Shown here: in pieces, positions 35,448 to 45,229 of the stretch
Layout: each line of letters opens with the position of its first letter
Numbering within the stretch: the first letter of the stretch is position 1
Assembly: GCA_964579955.1 (NCBI GenBank)
Contig: CAZOJA010000002.1
Coordinates: forward strand, 1-50,622
From: an uncultured Veillonellaceae bacterium
GTDB taxonomy: Bacteria; Bacillota; Negativicutes; UBA1444
DNA length: 50,622 nucleotides
Direction: 5' to 3'
Position numbers and translations under genes: made by a program
The notes under the pieces: generated by a model
Told to the model about the DNA's origin: nothing
Seen by the model: only the letters and a program-made list of their open reading frames with translations
Databases searched by the model: none

Positions 35448-37323
35448 GATTCCTCCGTCGCAACTGTTCAACATAGATCAAAAGCAAAGAAATATCTGCC
35501 GGTGATACACCAGAAATCCGGCTTGCCTGCCCAATAGAAGTTGGTCGTGTTAATGCGAGTTTTTGCCGCGCCTCGTTAGATAAACCAGAGATTTGAGAGT
35601 AATCTAAATCAATAGGAATCCCCTTGGACTCAAAATTAAGGGATCGCTGCACTTGTTCTGATTGCTTTTTTATATATCCATCATATTTTATCGTAATATC
35701 TATCTGCGCCTGTACCTCATCCGATAAAAGAGGTAACCCGAAACGGCTAGAGATAACTTGATAAGTAATATTGGGCCGCTTCATAAGATCGAACAAACTT
35801 ATTCCTGTACGCAAAGGAGCTACTCCGATGGTTGCCAAAAATAGCTGAACATCCGGTGTCGGTCCGATGGTAGTGCGCTTGAGGGCTTCAAGCGCACTAT
35901 AAATAGCTTGAACTTTTTGCTCTAGCCTGCGAAAGCGCGCAGTGCTTGCCAACCCGATCTCATACCCCTTCTTTGTCAAACGAATATCAGCATTATCATG
36001 CCGTAGCAACAATCGATATTCTGCACGAGATGTCATAATGCGATATGGCTCATTCGTCCCTTTCGTCACCAAATCATCTATCAACACCCCGATATATGCT
36101 TCAGACCGGCTTAACACAAAAGGCGGCTTGCTTTGAACAAAACGCGCAGCATTAATCCCGGCGATCAATCCTTGGGCTGCAGCCTCTTCATATCCGGATG
36201 AACCATTAATTTGGCCGGCGGAATAGAGACCAACAAAATTTTTAAAAGCCATTGTAAGGTCAAGCTGAGTCGGATCGATACAATCGTATTCAATTGCATA
36301 TCCATAACGCATAACACGTGCATTCTCGAGACCTGGAATCGTACGCAACATCATTACCTGGACATCTATCGGCAAACTGGTAGACATACCCTGCACATAC
36401 ATCTCATTGGTACTGAAACCTTCAGGCTCAATAAAAACCTGATGCGATTGCTTATCTGGAAAATTGACAACCTTGACTTCGATCGAGGGACAATATCGAG
36501 GCCCGGTTCCTTCAATATTTCCGGTATACAATGGAGCACGATATAAATTATCTGAAATTACCTGATGTGTAGTGTCATTTGTGTAAGTTAACCAGCAAGG
36601 TAGTTGTTCACGATGTGGAATCTCGCTCAAAAAAGAAAAGTTTAAAGTGATATCGTCACCAGGTTGAATTTTCATTTGCTCAAAATCAACGGAACGCCGG
36701 TCAATACGCGCTGGGGTTCCTGTTTTAAACCTACGCAGTTTAATACCAACTCTTTGCAATGAACTAGATAATTCAACAGCAGAACGTTGACCGTTTGGAC
36801 CGCCCGGATAACTGGAATCACCAATAATAATCCTTCCCCGTAAATAAGTGCCCGTTGCTAAAATCAAAGCAGAGCAAGAGATCCTTTCACCGTTTTCAGT
36901 GACTATTCCCTTAACTACATTTGCTTCCCACACAACTTCGTCTACCAATAACTGCCTGACTTCAAGGTTAGGCTCACTAATTAAAGCACGACGCATCACT
37001 TTTTGATATTCCAGCTTATCAGCCTGTGCACGCAGAGAATGGACCGCAGGCCCCTTTGCAGTATTTAGCATTCTCATCTGCAAACTTGAACGATCGATAG
37101 CTAAAGCCATTTCACCGCCCAATGCATCGATTTCTCGTACAAGATGGCCTTTTGCCGGACCACCAATGGAAGGATTGCAAGGCATCATCGCGATGTTATC
37201 CAAACATAATGTGACAAGGAGCGTTTTACAACCCAAGCGGGCAGACGCGAGCGCTGCTTCACACCCGGCATGTCCGGCTCCCAGCACGATAACCTCATAG
37301 TCTGAAGAAAAAATCATCATCAT
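35431..37323 (-). CDS. mnmG: tRNA uridine 5-carboxymethylaminomethyl modification enzyme MnmG/GidA
   Basis: 630 aa with the FAD motif VIVLGAGHAGCEAA, followed by NPSIGGPAKGHLVREIDALGG. Confidence 0.96.
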   Translation of the reverse strand: MMMIFSSDYEVIVLGAGHAGCEAALASARLGCKTLLVTLCLDNIAMMPCNPSIGGPAKGHLVREIDALGGEMALAIDRSSLQMRMLNTAKGPAVHSLRAQADKLEYQKVMRRALISEPNLEVRQLLVDEVVWEANVVKGIVTENGERISCSALILATGTYLRGRIIIGDSSYPGGPNGQRSAVELSSSLQRVGIKLRRFKTGTPARIDRRSVDFEQMKIQPGDDITLNFSFLSEIPHREQLPCWLTYTNDTTHQVISDNLYRAPLYTGNIEGTGPRYCPSIEVKVVNFPDKQSHQVFIEPEGFSTNEMYVQGMSTSLPIDVQVMMLRTIPGLENARVMRYGYAIEYDCIDPTQLDLTMAFKNFVGLYSAGQINGSSGYEEAAAQGLIAGINAARFVQSKPPFVLSRSEAYIGVLIDDLVTKGTNEPYRIMTSRAEYRLLLRHDNADIRLTKKGYEIGLASTARFRRLEQKVQAIYSALEALKRTTIGPTPDVQLFLATIGVAPLRTGISLFDLMKRPNITYQVISSRFGLPLLSDEVQAQIDITIKYDGYIKKQSEQVQRSLNFESKGIPIDLDYSQISGLSNEARQKLALTRPTSIGQASRISGVSPADISLLLIYVEQLRRRNHEQST

Positions 37324-37327
37324 CAGC

Positions 37328-38716
37328 CTACTTTCCTAAACAAAACTTGGAGAAAATTTCTTTGACAATCTCATCTGACAACGTTTCTCCAGTTATTTGG
37401 CCTAATGACGAAATGGCTGCGCGCAAATCAATCGCAACACAATCTAATGGCAACCCCTCATCAATAGCAGAAAGAGCTGATAAAACACTGTCTTTTGCAG
37501 ATATTACACAATCAATTTGTCGCAGATTATCAAGACAGCCATCAATCGAAATATGAGCCGAATCTGTGAGAATAATTTTCTCAATCGTATTCTCCAATTC
37601 TTCTATTCCTGTCCGCTCTTTTGCAGATAATGCAACCACAGGATGATTACTAACGACTTCTTTCCAAGCGGGAAATTCTGCCAAATTCGGCAAGTCCATT
37701 TTATTGATTACGATAATCGTCGGCACATTAGGCAAACATTTAATAATCGCCAAATCATCAGAAACAAAAGGGTCCGTTGCATCAATCATGACAAGAATTA
37801 AACCGGCAGCTTCAATAAATTCGCGTGTTCTTTGCATACCTAGCTGTTCGATTGTGTCATTACTCTCTCTTAAACCAGCCGTATCTACAATCTGCAAGGG
37901 GATTCCGCGAATATTGAGAAACTCCTCAATAGAGTCTCGAGTAGTCCCAGGCACATCCGTGACGATTGCACGTTCTTCACCGAGCAAAGCATTAAGTAGG
38001 GTAGACTTTCCCACATTGGGCCGGCCAACGATTACCGTACGTAATCCATCTCGATATATTTTCCCAGTATGCGCAGATAACAACAACTTATCAAATTCTT
38101 GCACCAGTTCAGCTAAAAAAACCGCAAATTCATCCGATAAGGGAATACTTATATCTTCTTCAGGATAATCAAGACTTGCCTCCAAATAGACCAGTTTATC
38201 CATCAATGCACTGCGAAAACTCTTTATACGCCGGGATAAATCTCCACTCATCTGCATGGCAGCATTCTTCAATGCCGCATCAGTCTTTGCCTGGATAACT
38301 GCCATGGTGGCTTCAGCTTGCATAAGATCAATCCGCCCGTTTAAAAAAGCCCTTTGGGTGAATTCACCCGGTAATGCCAATCTAGCGCCCTGCTTAAGCA
38401 CAACTTTCAAGATATTTCGAATGACCAGCGGTCCACCATGCCCTTGAAACTCGATGACATCTTCTGCCGTATAAGAATTCGGCCCTGGCATAAATACGCA
38501 CAGAGCCTCGTCAACCTTATGACCAGTCTCAGGATCAACTACTATCCCGAATGACAACTTTCTAGGCTCAAAAAAAGAAATGTGCTGGCCATCCTTCTTG
38601 CGAAAAACGGCCCGGGCTATCTCTCTCGATGCCGGACCGCTGACTCTGACAATCCCGATGCCGGCATGACCCACAGAAGTCGCAATCGCCGCTATGGTCT
38701 CCGCTTCCATCATCAA
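37328..38716 (-). CDS. mnmE: tRNA modification GTPase MnmE/TrmE
   Basis: 462 aa with G-domain GRPNVGKSTLLNAL, DTAGLR and NKMD motifs, plus the C-terminal CLGK tetrapeptide. Confidence 0.96.
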   Translation of the reverse strand: MMMEAETIAAIATSVGHAGIGIVRVSGPASREIARAVFRKKDGQHISFFEPRKLSFGIVVDPETGHKVDEALCVFMPGPNSYTAEDVIEFQGHGGPLVIRNILKVVLKQGARLALPGEFTQRAFLNGRIDLMQAEATMAVIQAKTDAALKNAAMQMSGDLSRRIKSFRSALMDKLVYLEASLDYPEEDISIPLSDEFAVFLAELVQEFDKLLLSAHTGKIYRDGLRTVIVGRPNVGKSTLLNALLGEERAIVTDVPGTTRDSIEEFLNIRGIPLQIVDTAGLRESNDTIEQLGMQRTREFIEAAGLILVMIDATDPFVSDDLAIIKCLPNVPTIIVINKMDLPNLAEFPAWKEVVSNHPVVALSAKERTGIEELENTIEKIILTDSAHISIDGCLDNLRQIDCVISAKDSVLSALSAIDEGLPLDCVAIDLRAAISSLGQITGETLSDEIVKEIFSKFCLGK

Positions 38717-38730
38717 TTCCCCCTGAACTA

Positions 38731-38765
38731 AATCAAAGCCCAGTACGGAATTACCCTACTGGGCT
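38731..38765 (-). terminator. Stem-loop/terminator downstream of jag
   Basis: The minus strand reads AGCCCAGTA-11 nt-TACTGGGCT followed by TTGATTT. The stem is a perfect 9 bp. Confidence 0.6.
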
Positions 38766-38771
38766 GGACGA

Positions 38772-39392
38772 TTAGGCTCTTTTACTGACAATCACGACTC
38801 TCCTATAAGGCTCTTCACCTTCACTATAAGTTTCGATTCGTGTGTCATTCTGTAAACTCATGTGTATGATTTTTCGCTCATGCGGTGTCATTGGCTCCAA
38901 AGCAACCCGTTCACCGGTTCTCTTCGCACGATCTGCCAATCGCAAAGCCAATTGCTCTAACGTATCTGCCCTGCGCTTACGATAATCCTCAACATCTATG
39001 ATAAATCGAATTCTATCTCGCCCTTCACGATTAGCAGCCAAATTGGTCAAGTATTGCAAAGCATCAAGCGTCTGCCCATGCTTTCCAATAAGAATTCCCA
39101 AATCATCTCCATGTAAGTTCAATGTAACCGTATCATCTGTGGTCACAGTAGAAATTACCACCTGTAATCCCATGGCAGTTGCGATTTTTTCGAGAAACTT
39201 GCGGCCTCTTTCTATCGGCTCAATCTTTTTTACAGTAACCTCAACTTTTGCTTCGCGGCCACCAAGCAAACCAAACAAAGGTTTTGACGGTGCCTCAAGG
39301 ACCCGGTAATCCACTTGATCTCGACCAACGCCGAGTTCTGCTAACGCCGCCTCAATTGCCTCTTCTACCGTCTTTCCTGTTTTTTCAATCAT
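38772..39392 (-). CDS. jag: Jag/KhpB RNA-binding protein (Jag-N, KH and R3H domains)
   Basis: The preferred start is ATG 39392 (MIEKTGKTVEEAIEAALAELG), with GAGGAGGA upstream. A C-terminal R3H-like region carries LEPMTPHERKIIH. The ORF-track start at 39473 lies inside yidC. Confidence 0.9.
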   Translation of the reverse strand: MIEKTGKTVEEAIEAALAELGVGRDQVDYRVLEAPSKPLFGLLGGREAKVEVTVKKIEPIERGRKFLEKIATAMGLQVVISTVTTDDTVTLNLHGDDLGILIGKHGQTLDALQYLTNLAANREGRDRIRFIIDVEDYRKRRADTLEQLALRLADRAKRTGERVALEPMTPHERKIIHMSLQNDTRIETYSEGEEPYRRVVIVSKRA

Positions 39393-39408
39393 ATCGTTTC
39401 GTTCCTCC

Positions 39409-40065
39409 TCATGCCGTGGCCGTGTTGCGATACATAAACCACTGCTGAGCGATCTGCACCAGATTGCTGACAACCCAGTAAACCCCTAATCCGGCTGGAA
39501 AAGTAATCGTAATGTAACCAATAAACAATGGCATGAAAATCAACATCATCTTATTTTGCTGCGTCATTTCAGTCGTCGTTTGCTTTTGTTGGACATAAGT
39601 CGTTAGTGCACAAAGTAATGGAATAATGAAATACGGATCACTTGGATCAGTTAGCGAAGTTCCCTGCTGCAAATTAGCAATCCATAAAAAACTTGTTGGT
39701 CCTTGATAAGTATATTCCTTAATCGCAAAAAAGATTCCCATTAATATTGGCATCTGGACGATTAACGGCAAACACCCAGCTAGAGGGTTTACTTTATTTT
39801 CCCGGTACAAATTTGCAATCTCAGTTTGTAAACGTTCCTTATTATCTTTGTACTTCTCCTGCAGAGCCTTAACTTTGGGTTGCATTTCCTGCACAGCCTT
39901 CATTGACTTAACCTGTTTAACGGTCAACGGATACATCAGCAATTTAATCGCTACCGTCAATAAAATAATTGCTATACCATAACTTGGATAACCTGCTTTT
40001 TGAGTCAACACGTAGAAAAATGTAAGCGCCTCTTGCATAGGATGGGTTACAAAAGTATCAAACAA
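39409..40065 (-). CDS. yidC: Membrane protein insertase YidC/SpoIIIJ family
   Basis: 218 aa with YidC core motifs (LTVKQVKSMKAVQEMQPKVKALQEKYK, NPLAGCLPLIVQMPI). Confidence 0.93.
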   Translation of the reverse strand: MFDTFVTHPMQEALTFFYVLTQKAGYPSYGIAIILLTVAIKLLMYPLTVKQVKSMKAVQEMQPKVKALQEKYKDNKERLQTEIANLYRENKVNPLAGCLPLIVQMPILMGIFFAIKEYTYQGPTSFLWIANLQQGTSLTDPSDPYFIIPLLCALTTYVQQKQTTTEMTQQNKMMLIFMPLFIGYITITFPAGLGVYWVVSNLVQIAQQWFMYRNTATA

Positions 40066-40103
40066 GAATTTTCACTCCTTATTCATGTTCCATAAATTTT
40101 AGT

Positions 40104-40310
40104 CTATACAGGGTCATACCCGCCGGAATGATAAGGATGACATTTCAAAATTCGTTTTACGCCAAGCCATACACCCTTGTTTACTCCATATTTTTCAATA
40201 GCAAGAATCATATATTCTGAACAGGATGGCACAAACCGACAACAAGGTGATTTATATGGTGATATTGCGCCTCGATAGAATTTTATGATCCAGATGAACA
40301 AACTTTTCAT
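40104..40310 (-). CDS. yidD: Membrane protein insertion efficiency factor YidD
   Basis: 68 aa containing [22 protein letters not shown]. Confidence 0.93.
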   Translation of the reverse strand: MKSLFIWIIKFYRGAISPYKSPCCRFVPSCSEYMILAIEKYGVNKGVWLGVKRILKCHPYHSGGYDPV

Positions 40311-40678
40311 TGATTACTCCGGTTGCGTTTAGAGATATTATAATTTGCTTTTCGCATTATATCGCGAAAAGCTGCAACTATGTTGATCCATTCTGCGGCT
40401 ACCATCCCTTTGCGCGCCAATACAACGATGTCTACCCCAACAGGTATTTCATCTCGATACAAACGATAGCACTCTTTCAAACGCCTTCTACAACGATTTC
40501 GCATTACAGCATTCCCTAGCCTCTTGCCGGCAGCAAAACCGATTCGGTGCTCTTGATGTTCGCGAAGAAAGAAATGCAAAGAAATCAATGAGTTGGACAA
40601 ATATCGTCCCTGCTCATATACCTGCTTGAAAAGCGTTCGCTTACGCAAACGCAAAGCCTTTGGAAATTTATAGTTCAT
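40307..40678 (-). CDS. rnpA: Ribonuclease P protein component
   Basis: The preferred start is ATG 40678 ([21 protein letters not shown]), with GAGGA 8 nt upstream. Contains the RNR-like motif [13 protein letters not shown]. Confidence 0.92.
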   Translation of the reverse strand: MNYKFPKALRLRKRTLFKQVYEQGRYLSNSLISLHFFLREHQEHRIGFAAGKRLGNAVMRNRCRRRLKECYRLYRDEIPVGVDIVVLARKGMVAAEWINIVAAFRDIMRKANYNISKRNRSNQ

Positions 40679-40694
40679 TTGCACATCCTCACAA

Positions 40695-40724
40695 AAGGAA
40701 AAAAGGCCACTATCTATAGCGGCC
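40695..40724 (-). terminator. Hairpin plus U-tract between rpmH and rnpA (partial terminator/attenuator)
   Basis: The minus strand reads GGCCGC-tatagata-GTGGCC followed by TTTTTCCTTTT, starting 3 nt after the rpmH stop. Confidence 0.5.
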
Positions 40725-40726
40725 AA

Positions 40727-40861
40727 TTATGCGGACAATACTTTTCTTCCTTTTGCACGTCGTCTCTTAAGAACAAGTCGTCCACCAATAGTTTTCATCC
40801 GCTCGCGAAAACCGTGAGTCTTCTTTTTCCACAAAACATTGGGTTGATATGTACGTTTCAC
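40727..40861 (-). CDS. rpmH: 50S ribosomal protein L34
   Basis: GTG 40861 gives (M)[43 protein letters not shown] (44 aa). GGAGGTG lies 8 nt upstream. The ORF-track extension to 40951 runs into the promoter/oriC region. Confidence 0.95.
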   Translation of the reverse strand: MKRTYQPNVLWKKKTHGFRERMKTIGGRLVLKRRRAKGRKVLSA

Positions 40862-40919
40862 TCTTTCCACACCTCCTCGATGCCAGAACATGCCCCTGTG
40901 GATATACTGACTATTAAAG

Positions 40920-40948
40920 ATTATAGTGCACGTCCGTTCGAGTGTCAA
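40920..40948 (-). promoter_or_regulatory. Consensus sigma-A-type promoter of the rpmH operon
   Basis: The minus strand reads TTGACA (40948..40943), a 17-nt spacer, then TATAAT (40925..40920). Confidence 0.75.
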
Positions 40949-40971
40949 CAAAAACTATCAAGGTCATTCTG

Positions 40972-41000
40972 TTGATAACTTTGCCATGTTTTGCTATGAT
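40972..41000 (+). promoter_or_regulatory. Candidate dnaA promoter overlapping a DnaA box
   Basis: TTGATA (40972-40977), a 17-nt spacer, then TATGAT (40995-41000), immediately followed by TATAAT (41001-41006). The -35 box overlaps the DnaA box at 40970-40978, the usual autoregulatory layout. Confidence 0.5.
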
Positions 41001-41137
41001 TATAATCGGTGTTATACGCTAAATCAGAGAGGCTCTTTTGGCACTACCCTTGAGAAACCAACACAGATAACAGTTTATCAAGCTTAATGCCCTCTACATG
41101 ATCGGAGAAAATATTATACACAGCTGTTGATAACCCT

Positions 41138-42568
41138 GTGGATATTTTAAAGAAAGGGTTGACCATCTTGTCTTCGCAAAACATACTACAGATCTGGCAA
41201 AATACCCTTTCACTTATTCAACAAGATATGATTCGTCCCAGTTATGAAACCTGGATCAAAGTGTTACAGCCAATTTCGTTTGAAAATGGCTGTTTTGTTC
41301 TGGGCACTAATCGACATATCGTGAAAGAGTGGGTGGAAACACGGTATCTATCCTTAATCAGAAAGTCATTAGAAGCAGTAATTGATCAGCCGGTATTAGT
41401 CTCTCTAGACCTGCTTGCGGAACAACCTGCCGATTCCTCAATGACCCAGGAAGCAATTCTTGCGAAAACAATGAATGAGCCTGCCATTGTCTCGCAAAAA
41501 GCCGGGAACACTCCAATAATGCAGAGAAACATTGAAGAAAACGTATCACCGCTAAATCCCAAATACACATTTGATTCCTTTGTCATTGGCAATTCTAATC
41601 GCTTTGCCCATGCAGCCGCCTTAGCCGTTGCTGAAGTTCCAGCTAAAGTATACAACCCTTTCTTCATTTATGGCGGGGTAGGATTAGGTAAAACACACTT
41701 AATGCACGCTATCGGTCATCGAATATCTTCAGTTCACCCAACAAACAAAGTATTATATATCTCCAGTGAAAAATTTACGAATGACTTTATTAACGCAATC
41801 ATGAGCGGTCATCCCGATAGTTTTCGCAACAGATACCGAAATATTGACGTGCTATTGATTGACGACATTCAATTCTTAGCAAAAAAAGAACAAACTCAAG
41901 AAGAATTTTTTCACACATTCAACGCACTGCACGAAGCAAATAAACAAATAATAATTTCCAGCGATCGACCGCCGAAAGAAATTCCTACCCTCGAAGACCG
42001 ACTCCGGTCACGCTTCGAATGGGGGCTAACAACCGACATACAACCGCCGGACCTTGAAACACGCATTGCCATCTTACGTAAAAAAGCATTATTGGAAAAC
42101 ATAAGCATGCCTAATGATGTCATTGTCTATATCTCTTCACGCATCGACAATAACATTCGAGAACTAGAAGGCGCGTTTAACCGAGTCAATGCCTACGCGT
42201 TTCTCAATAGAAGCCCAATAAGCATAGATCTTGCAATGGATGCACTAAAAGACCTGTTTCCAAAAGACAAAACCAACCAAGTTACGCCAGTGAGAATTCA
42301 AGAAGTCGTTGCCAATCATTTTAAAATCAAAATTGAAGACTTAAACTCAAAACGACGTACCAGAAACGTAACTATCCCTAGACAATTAGCAATGTATCTT
42401 TGCCGAGAACTCACAGACTTATCTTTACCAAAAATCGGCGAACTATTTGGTGGCAGAGATCATACAACGGTAATTCATGCGTACGAAAAAGTTAATAGGG
42501 AGAGACAGGAAGATAATCGACTGTCAAGTCTCATAACGGAACTCAGCAGCAAAATCAATCATAAATAA
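41138..42568 (+). CDS. dnaA: Chromosomal replication initiator protein DnaA
   Basis: AAA+ Walker A GGVGLGKTHLMHAIG, Walker B LLIDDIQF, and the C-terminal DNA-binding helix region DHTTVIHAYEKV. The track start GTG 41138 lies within a DnaA box. TTG 41168 (MSSQNILQIWQ), 9 nt after AAAGGG, is an equally plausible start. Confidence 0.95.
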   Translation: MDILKKGLTILSSQNILQIWQNTLSLIQQDMIRPSYETWIKVLQPISFENGCFVLGTNRHIVKEWVETRYLSLIRKSLEAVIDQPVLVSLDLLAEQPADSSMTQEAILAKTMNEPAIVSQKAGNTPIMQRNIEENVSPLNPKYTFDSFVIGNSNRFAHAAALAVAEVPAKVYNPFFIYGGVGLGKTHLMHAIGHRISSVHPTNKVLYISSEKFTNDFINAIMSGHPDSFRNRYRNIDVLLIDDIQFLAKKEQTQEEFFHTFNALHEANKQIIISSDRPPKEIPTLEDRLRSRFEWGLTTDIQPPDLETRIAILRKKALLENISMPNDVIVYISSRIDNNIRELEGAFNRVNAYAFLNRSPISIDLAMDALKDLFPKDKTNQVTPVRIQEVVANHFKIKIEDLNSKRRTRNVTIPRQLAMYLCRELTDLSLPKIGELFGGRDHTTVIHAYEKVNRERQEDNRLSSLITELSSKINHK

Positions 42569-42764
42569 CTGACCTGTTAATATAATCAAGATAATCAAGC
42601 CAAATCTAGAAATTCTACCGCCGCTCTATTTGTTAACAAACATCTAAACAAACTTATCAACAAAGAGTTAACAGGCATAAATACATTAGAAAAACCGCCT
42701 CTATAGAGTTATCCACACAATCAACAAGCCTTACTATGACTATGAGCTTTAAAAGGAGGACAAG
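42569..42764. other. oriC: oriC part II: dnaA-dnaN spacer with a perfect DnaA box and short direct repeats
   Basis: Perfect TTATCCACA at 42709-42717. The tandem 9-mer ATAATCAAG occurs twice (42582-42599) and the tandem ACTATG occurs twice (42733-42744). The region is AT-rich. Confidence 0.7.
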
Positions 42765-43877
42765 ATGAGGATACGTTGCGAAAAGGATCAGCTTTTATCC
42801 GCTCTACAGATTGTTCAAAAGGCAACAGCAACAAAAACAACTTTGCCAATTTTAACTGGAATATACTTATCAGTTACTGAAGGCCGTCTTGAACTACAAG
42901 CAACTGACTATGAGATGGGAATAAGTATTGTACTTCCAGTAGATGTAATTGAAACTGGAAAAGCAGTTCTATCAGGAAAAATCTTTCCAGACATCATACG
43001 AAAAATACCGGGAAAGATAATCGAGATTTCATCAGCTTCGCACCATAGCATGATTACGATTTCTGCAGAAAAAGCGGAGTTTAAGGTTCTTTCATTTCCA
43101 GCTGAGGAATTTCCTACCTTGAAGAAATTTGAGAGTACAAACCAGATGGTGATTAAAGATGATCTCCTAAAAGAAATGATTCGAAAAACGGTTTTTGCAT
43201 GTTCTACGGACGAAAGTCGCCCCTTATTCACTGGCGCATTAGTCGAATTTGCAGATCAACAGTTAGCGATGGTAGCTACAAATACCCATCGGTTGGCAAT
43301 AAAAAAAGCAATGGTTGAAAAGGCTAATGTATCAGGAAAAATGATTATACCTGGAAAACTATTATCAGAAGTTGCGAAAGTGCTTAGTAATGATCACCCG
43401 GTTGATGTGTCAATTCACTGGTTGAGAAATCAAGTAGCCTTTTCTTTTGATAATATTTATATCATGTCGAGAATTATTGAGGGTCAATTTCCTGACTATA
43501 AAAAGGTTATTCCAAATGATTTTCTTTCCGAATGCAGTATTTCGGCAGATGTTTTATTTGAAGCTGTAGAAAGGGTTTCTCTACTTGCAAAGGATGGAGA
43601 ATACAGCATTATAAAAATCAAGTATCTAGAAAATACAATGGAATTGTCTGGCAATAACCCCGATGCCGGAAGTGCAACAGAAATATTGGACGCGACTTTC
43701 GATGGAGAACCCTTGGAAATTGCATTTAATGCAAAATACTTAATGGATTTTCTCCGAGTCTCTGGATCAAATAATATTAAATTCCATTTGAAATCATCGT
43801 TAAGTCCTGTAATGGTAAGTATTAGTGATGATACCAATTATACTTATATTTTGACTCCGATTAGAACAACAAATTAA
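42765..43877 (+). CDS. dnaN: DNA polymerase III beta sliding clamp
   Basis: 370 aa with a three-domain clamp-like sequence (LPILTGIYL, STDESRPLFTGAL, NTHRLA). AAAGGAGGA lies 5 nt upstream of the ATG. Confidence 0.95.
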   Translation: MRIRCEKDQLLSALQIVQKATATKTTLPILTGIYLSVTEGRLELQATDYEMGISIVLPVDVIETGKAVLSGKIFPDIIRKIPGKIIEISSASHHSMITISAEKAEFKVLSFPAEEFPTLKKFESTNQMVIKDDLLKEMIRKTVFACSTDESRPLFTGALVEFADQQLAMVATNTHRLAIKKAMVEKANVSGKMIIPGKLLSEVAKVLSNDHPVDVSIHWLRNQVAFSFDNIYIMSRIIEGQFPDYKKVIPNDFLSECSISADVLFEAVERVSLLAKDGEYSIIKIKYLENTMELSGNNPDAGSATEILDATFDGEPLEIAFNAKYLMDFLRVSGSNNIKFHLKSSLSPVMVSISDDTNYTYILTPIRTTN

Positions 43878-43882
43878 TCATC

Positions 43883-44119
43883 ATGAAAGAATCAGTAAAA
43901 ATATCTACGCAAATAATTCAGTTAAACCAATTATTAAAATGGATGGGGCTTTTGGAAACGGGAGGGCAAATAACTTATATATTGAATGACGGAAAAATTT
44001 TATTGAATGGCGAAAAAGTCTATGAAAAAAGGAAAAAGATTAGACCAGGAGATACATTATCTATAAATGGAAGAGAGTATTATATTGTTCTTGATGATGT
44101 ATTGAGCAATGAATATTGA
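43883..44119 (+). CDS. yaaA: S4-domain RNA-binding protein YaaA/RlbA-like
   Basis: 78 aa containing IQLNQLLKWMGLLETGGQ...LNGEKVYEKRKKIRPGD. It keeps the conserved dnaN-yaaA-recF position. Confidence 0.85.
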   Translation: MKESVKISTQIIQLNQLLKWMGLLETGGQITYILNDGKILLNGEKVYEKRKKIRPGDTLSINGREYYIVLDDVLSNEY

Positions 44120-45215
44120 AAGAGTAAAGCTTTATAATTTTCGGAACTACAGGCAGTTTGATTTTACCTTCACAAATGGAGTTCACATTTTTACCGGAAA
44201 TAATGCTCAAGGAAAAACAAACTTACTTGAAGCAATCTTTTTAGCCGTATTAGGTAAATCATTTCGTGCAGGAAATGATGATGAAATGATATTTTGGGAC
44301 CAGGAATCAGCTATAGTTGAAATAGATTTTTATAACATTATTGCAGGACATTCACTTAAAATTGAATTAATTCGAAACGAAAAACGCAAGAATACTTTGA
44401 ATGGTAAAAATATTAATAAACGGGATATTGTCGGGCAATTAAATGCTGTATTGTTCTGCCCAGAAGATTTGTGGCTAATAAAAGGTGGACCGGTTCTACG
44501 AAGAAGATTTATTGATTTTTTAATTTCTCAAGTGGACAAAAAATATTATCAAGATTATATTAGGTTTAATCGCGTTATTTTACAACGAAATAATTTACTA
44601 AAAAAAATAAATTTAAACTTGGCTAAAATAAAACAATTAGATATCTGGGATGATGAGTTGATTGCACTATCAGAAAAAATATTCATCAGGAGAAAGGAAT
44701 TTCTAATTGTATTATCGGATATAGCAGGAAAGATTTATACAAAAATATCATGCGGGGCGGAGAGATTTTCGTCCCATTATTCGGTTTTTGGAATCGATGA
44801 AGGCTTCAAGGACGATGATACTTATCGCGTATGGTATCAAAATAGACTAAGCGTAGCGCGACAACGTGAAATTATGCGCGGATCTACAGAAGTCGGGCCT
44901 CATAAAGACGATATATCTTTCCGGTTTGATGAACACGAAGCAAAATTATTTGGGTCCCAGGGCCAACAAAGAACTGCGATCTTGGCGCTAAAATTGGCAG
45001 AAATTGAACTAATGACACAAATTACTGGTGAAAAACCGATTTTACTATTGGATGATGTGATGAGTGAATTGGATGAGTTTCGAAGAAGGAGGTTAATTCA
45101 GGAAATTAACGGAAACATTCAGACATTTATAACAGGTACAGTAAAAGAAACAACACTTGAGCAAGTAAAAGCGACTTTTTATTCGGTATCTGAAGGGAAA
45201 GTGTCCTTAAATTAG
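44109..45215 (+). CDS. recF: DNA replication and repair protein RecF
   Basis: 368 aa with Walker A GNNAQGKTNLLEAI, signature FGSQGQQRT and Walker B ILLLDDVMSELD. Confidence 0.95.
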   Translation: MNIERVKLYNFRNYRQFDFTFTNGVHIFTGNNAQGKTNLLEAIFLAVLGKSFRAGNDDEMIFWDQESAIVEIDFYNIIAGHSLKIELIRNEKRKNTLNGKNINKRDIVGQLNAVLFCPEDLWLIKGGPVLRRRFIDFLISQVDKKYYQDYIRFNRVILQRNNLLKKINLNLAKIKQLDIWDDELIALSEKIFIRRKEFLIVLSDIAGKIYTKISCGAERFSSHYSVFGIDEGFKDDDTYRVWYQNRLSVARQREIMRGSTEVGPHKDDISFRFDEHEAKLFGSQGQQRTAILALKLAEIELMTQITGEKPILLLDDVMSELDEFRRRRLIQEINGNIQTFITGTVKETTLEQVKATFYSVSEGKVSLN

Positions 45216-45229
45216 GAGAAGATGAAGAA

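Larger units (their letters stand above)
40897..41145. other. oriC: oriC part I: DnaA-box cluster in the rpmH-dnaA spacer
   Basis: Four same-orientation boxes, each one mismatch from TGTGGATAA (complement of TTATCCACA): TGTGGATAT 40897-40905, TGTTGATAA 40970-40978, TGTTGATAA 41125-41133 and TGTGGATAT 41137-41145. Gene orientation diverges here. Confidence 0.8.

Noticed and set aside
41041-41100. Additional DnaA-box candidates such as TTATCAAGC (41075 region) and CACAGATAA.
   Set aside because: They have two or more mismatches to TTATCCACA/TGTGGATAA, which is too weak to call by eye.
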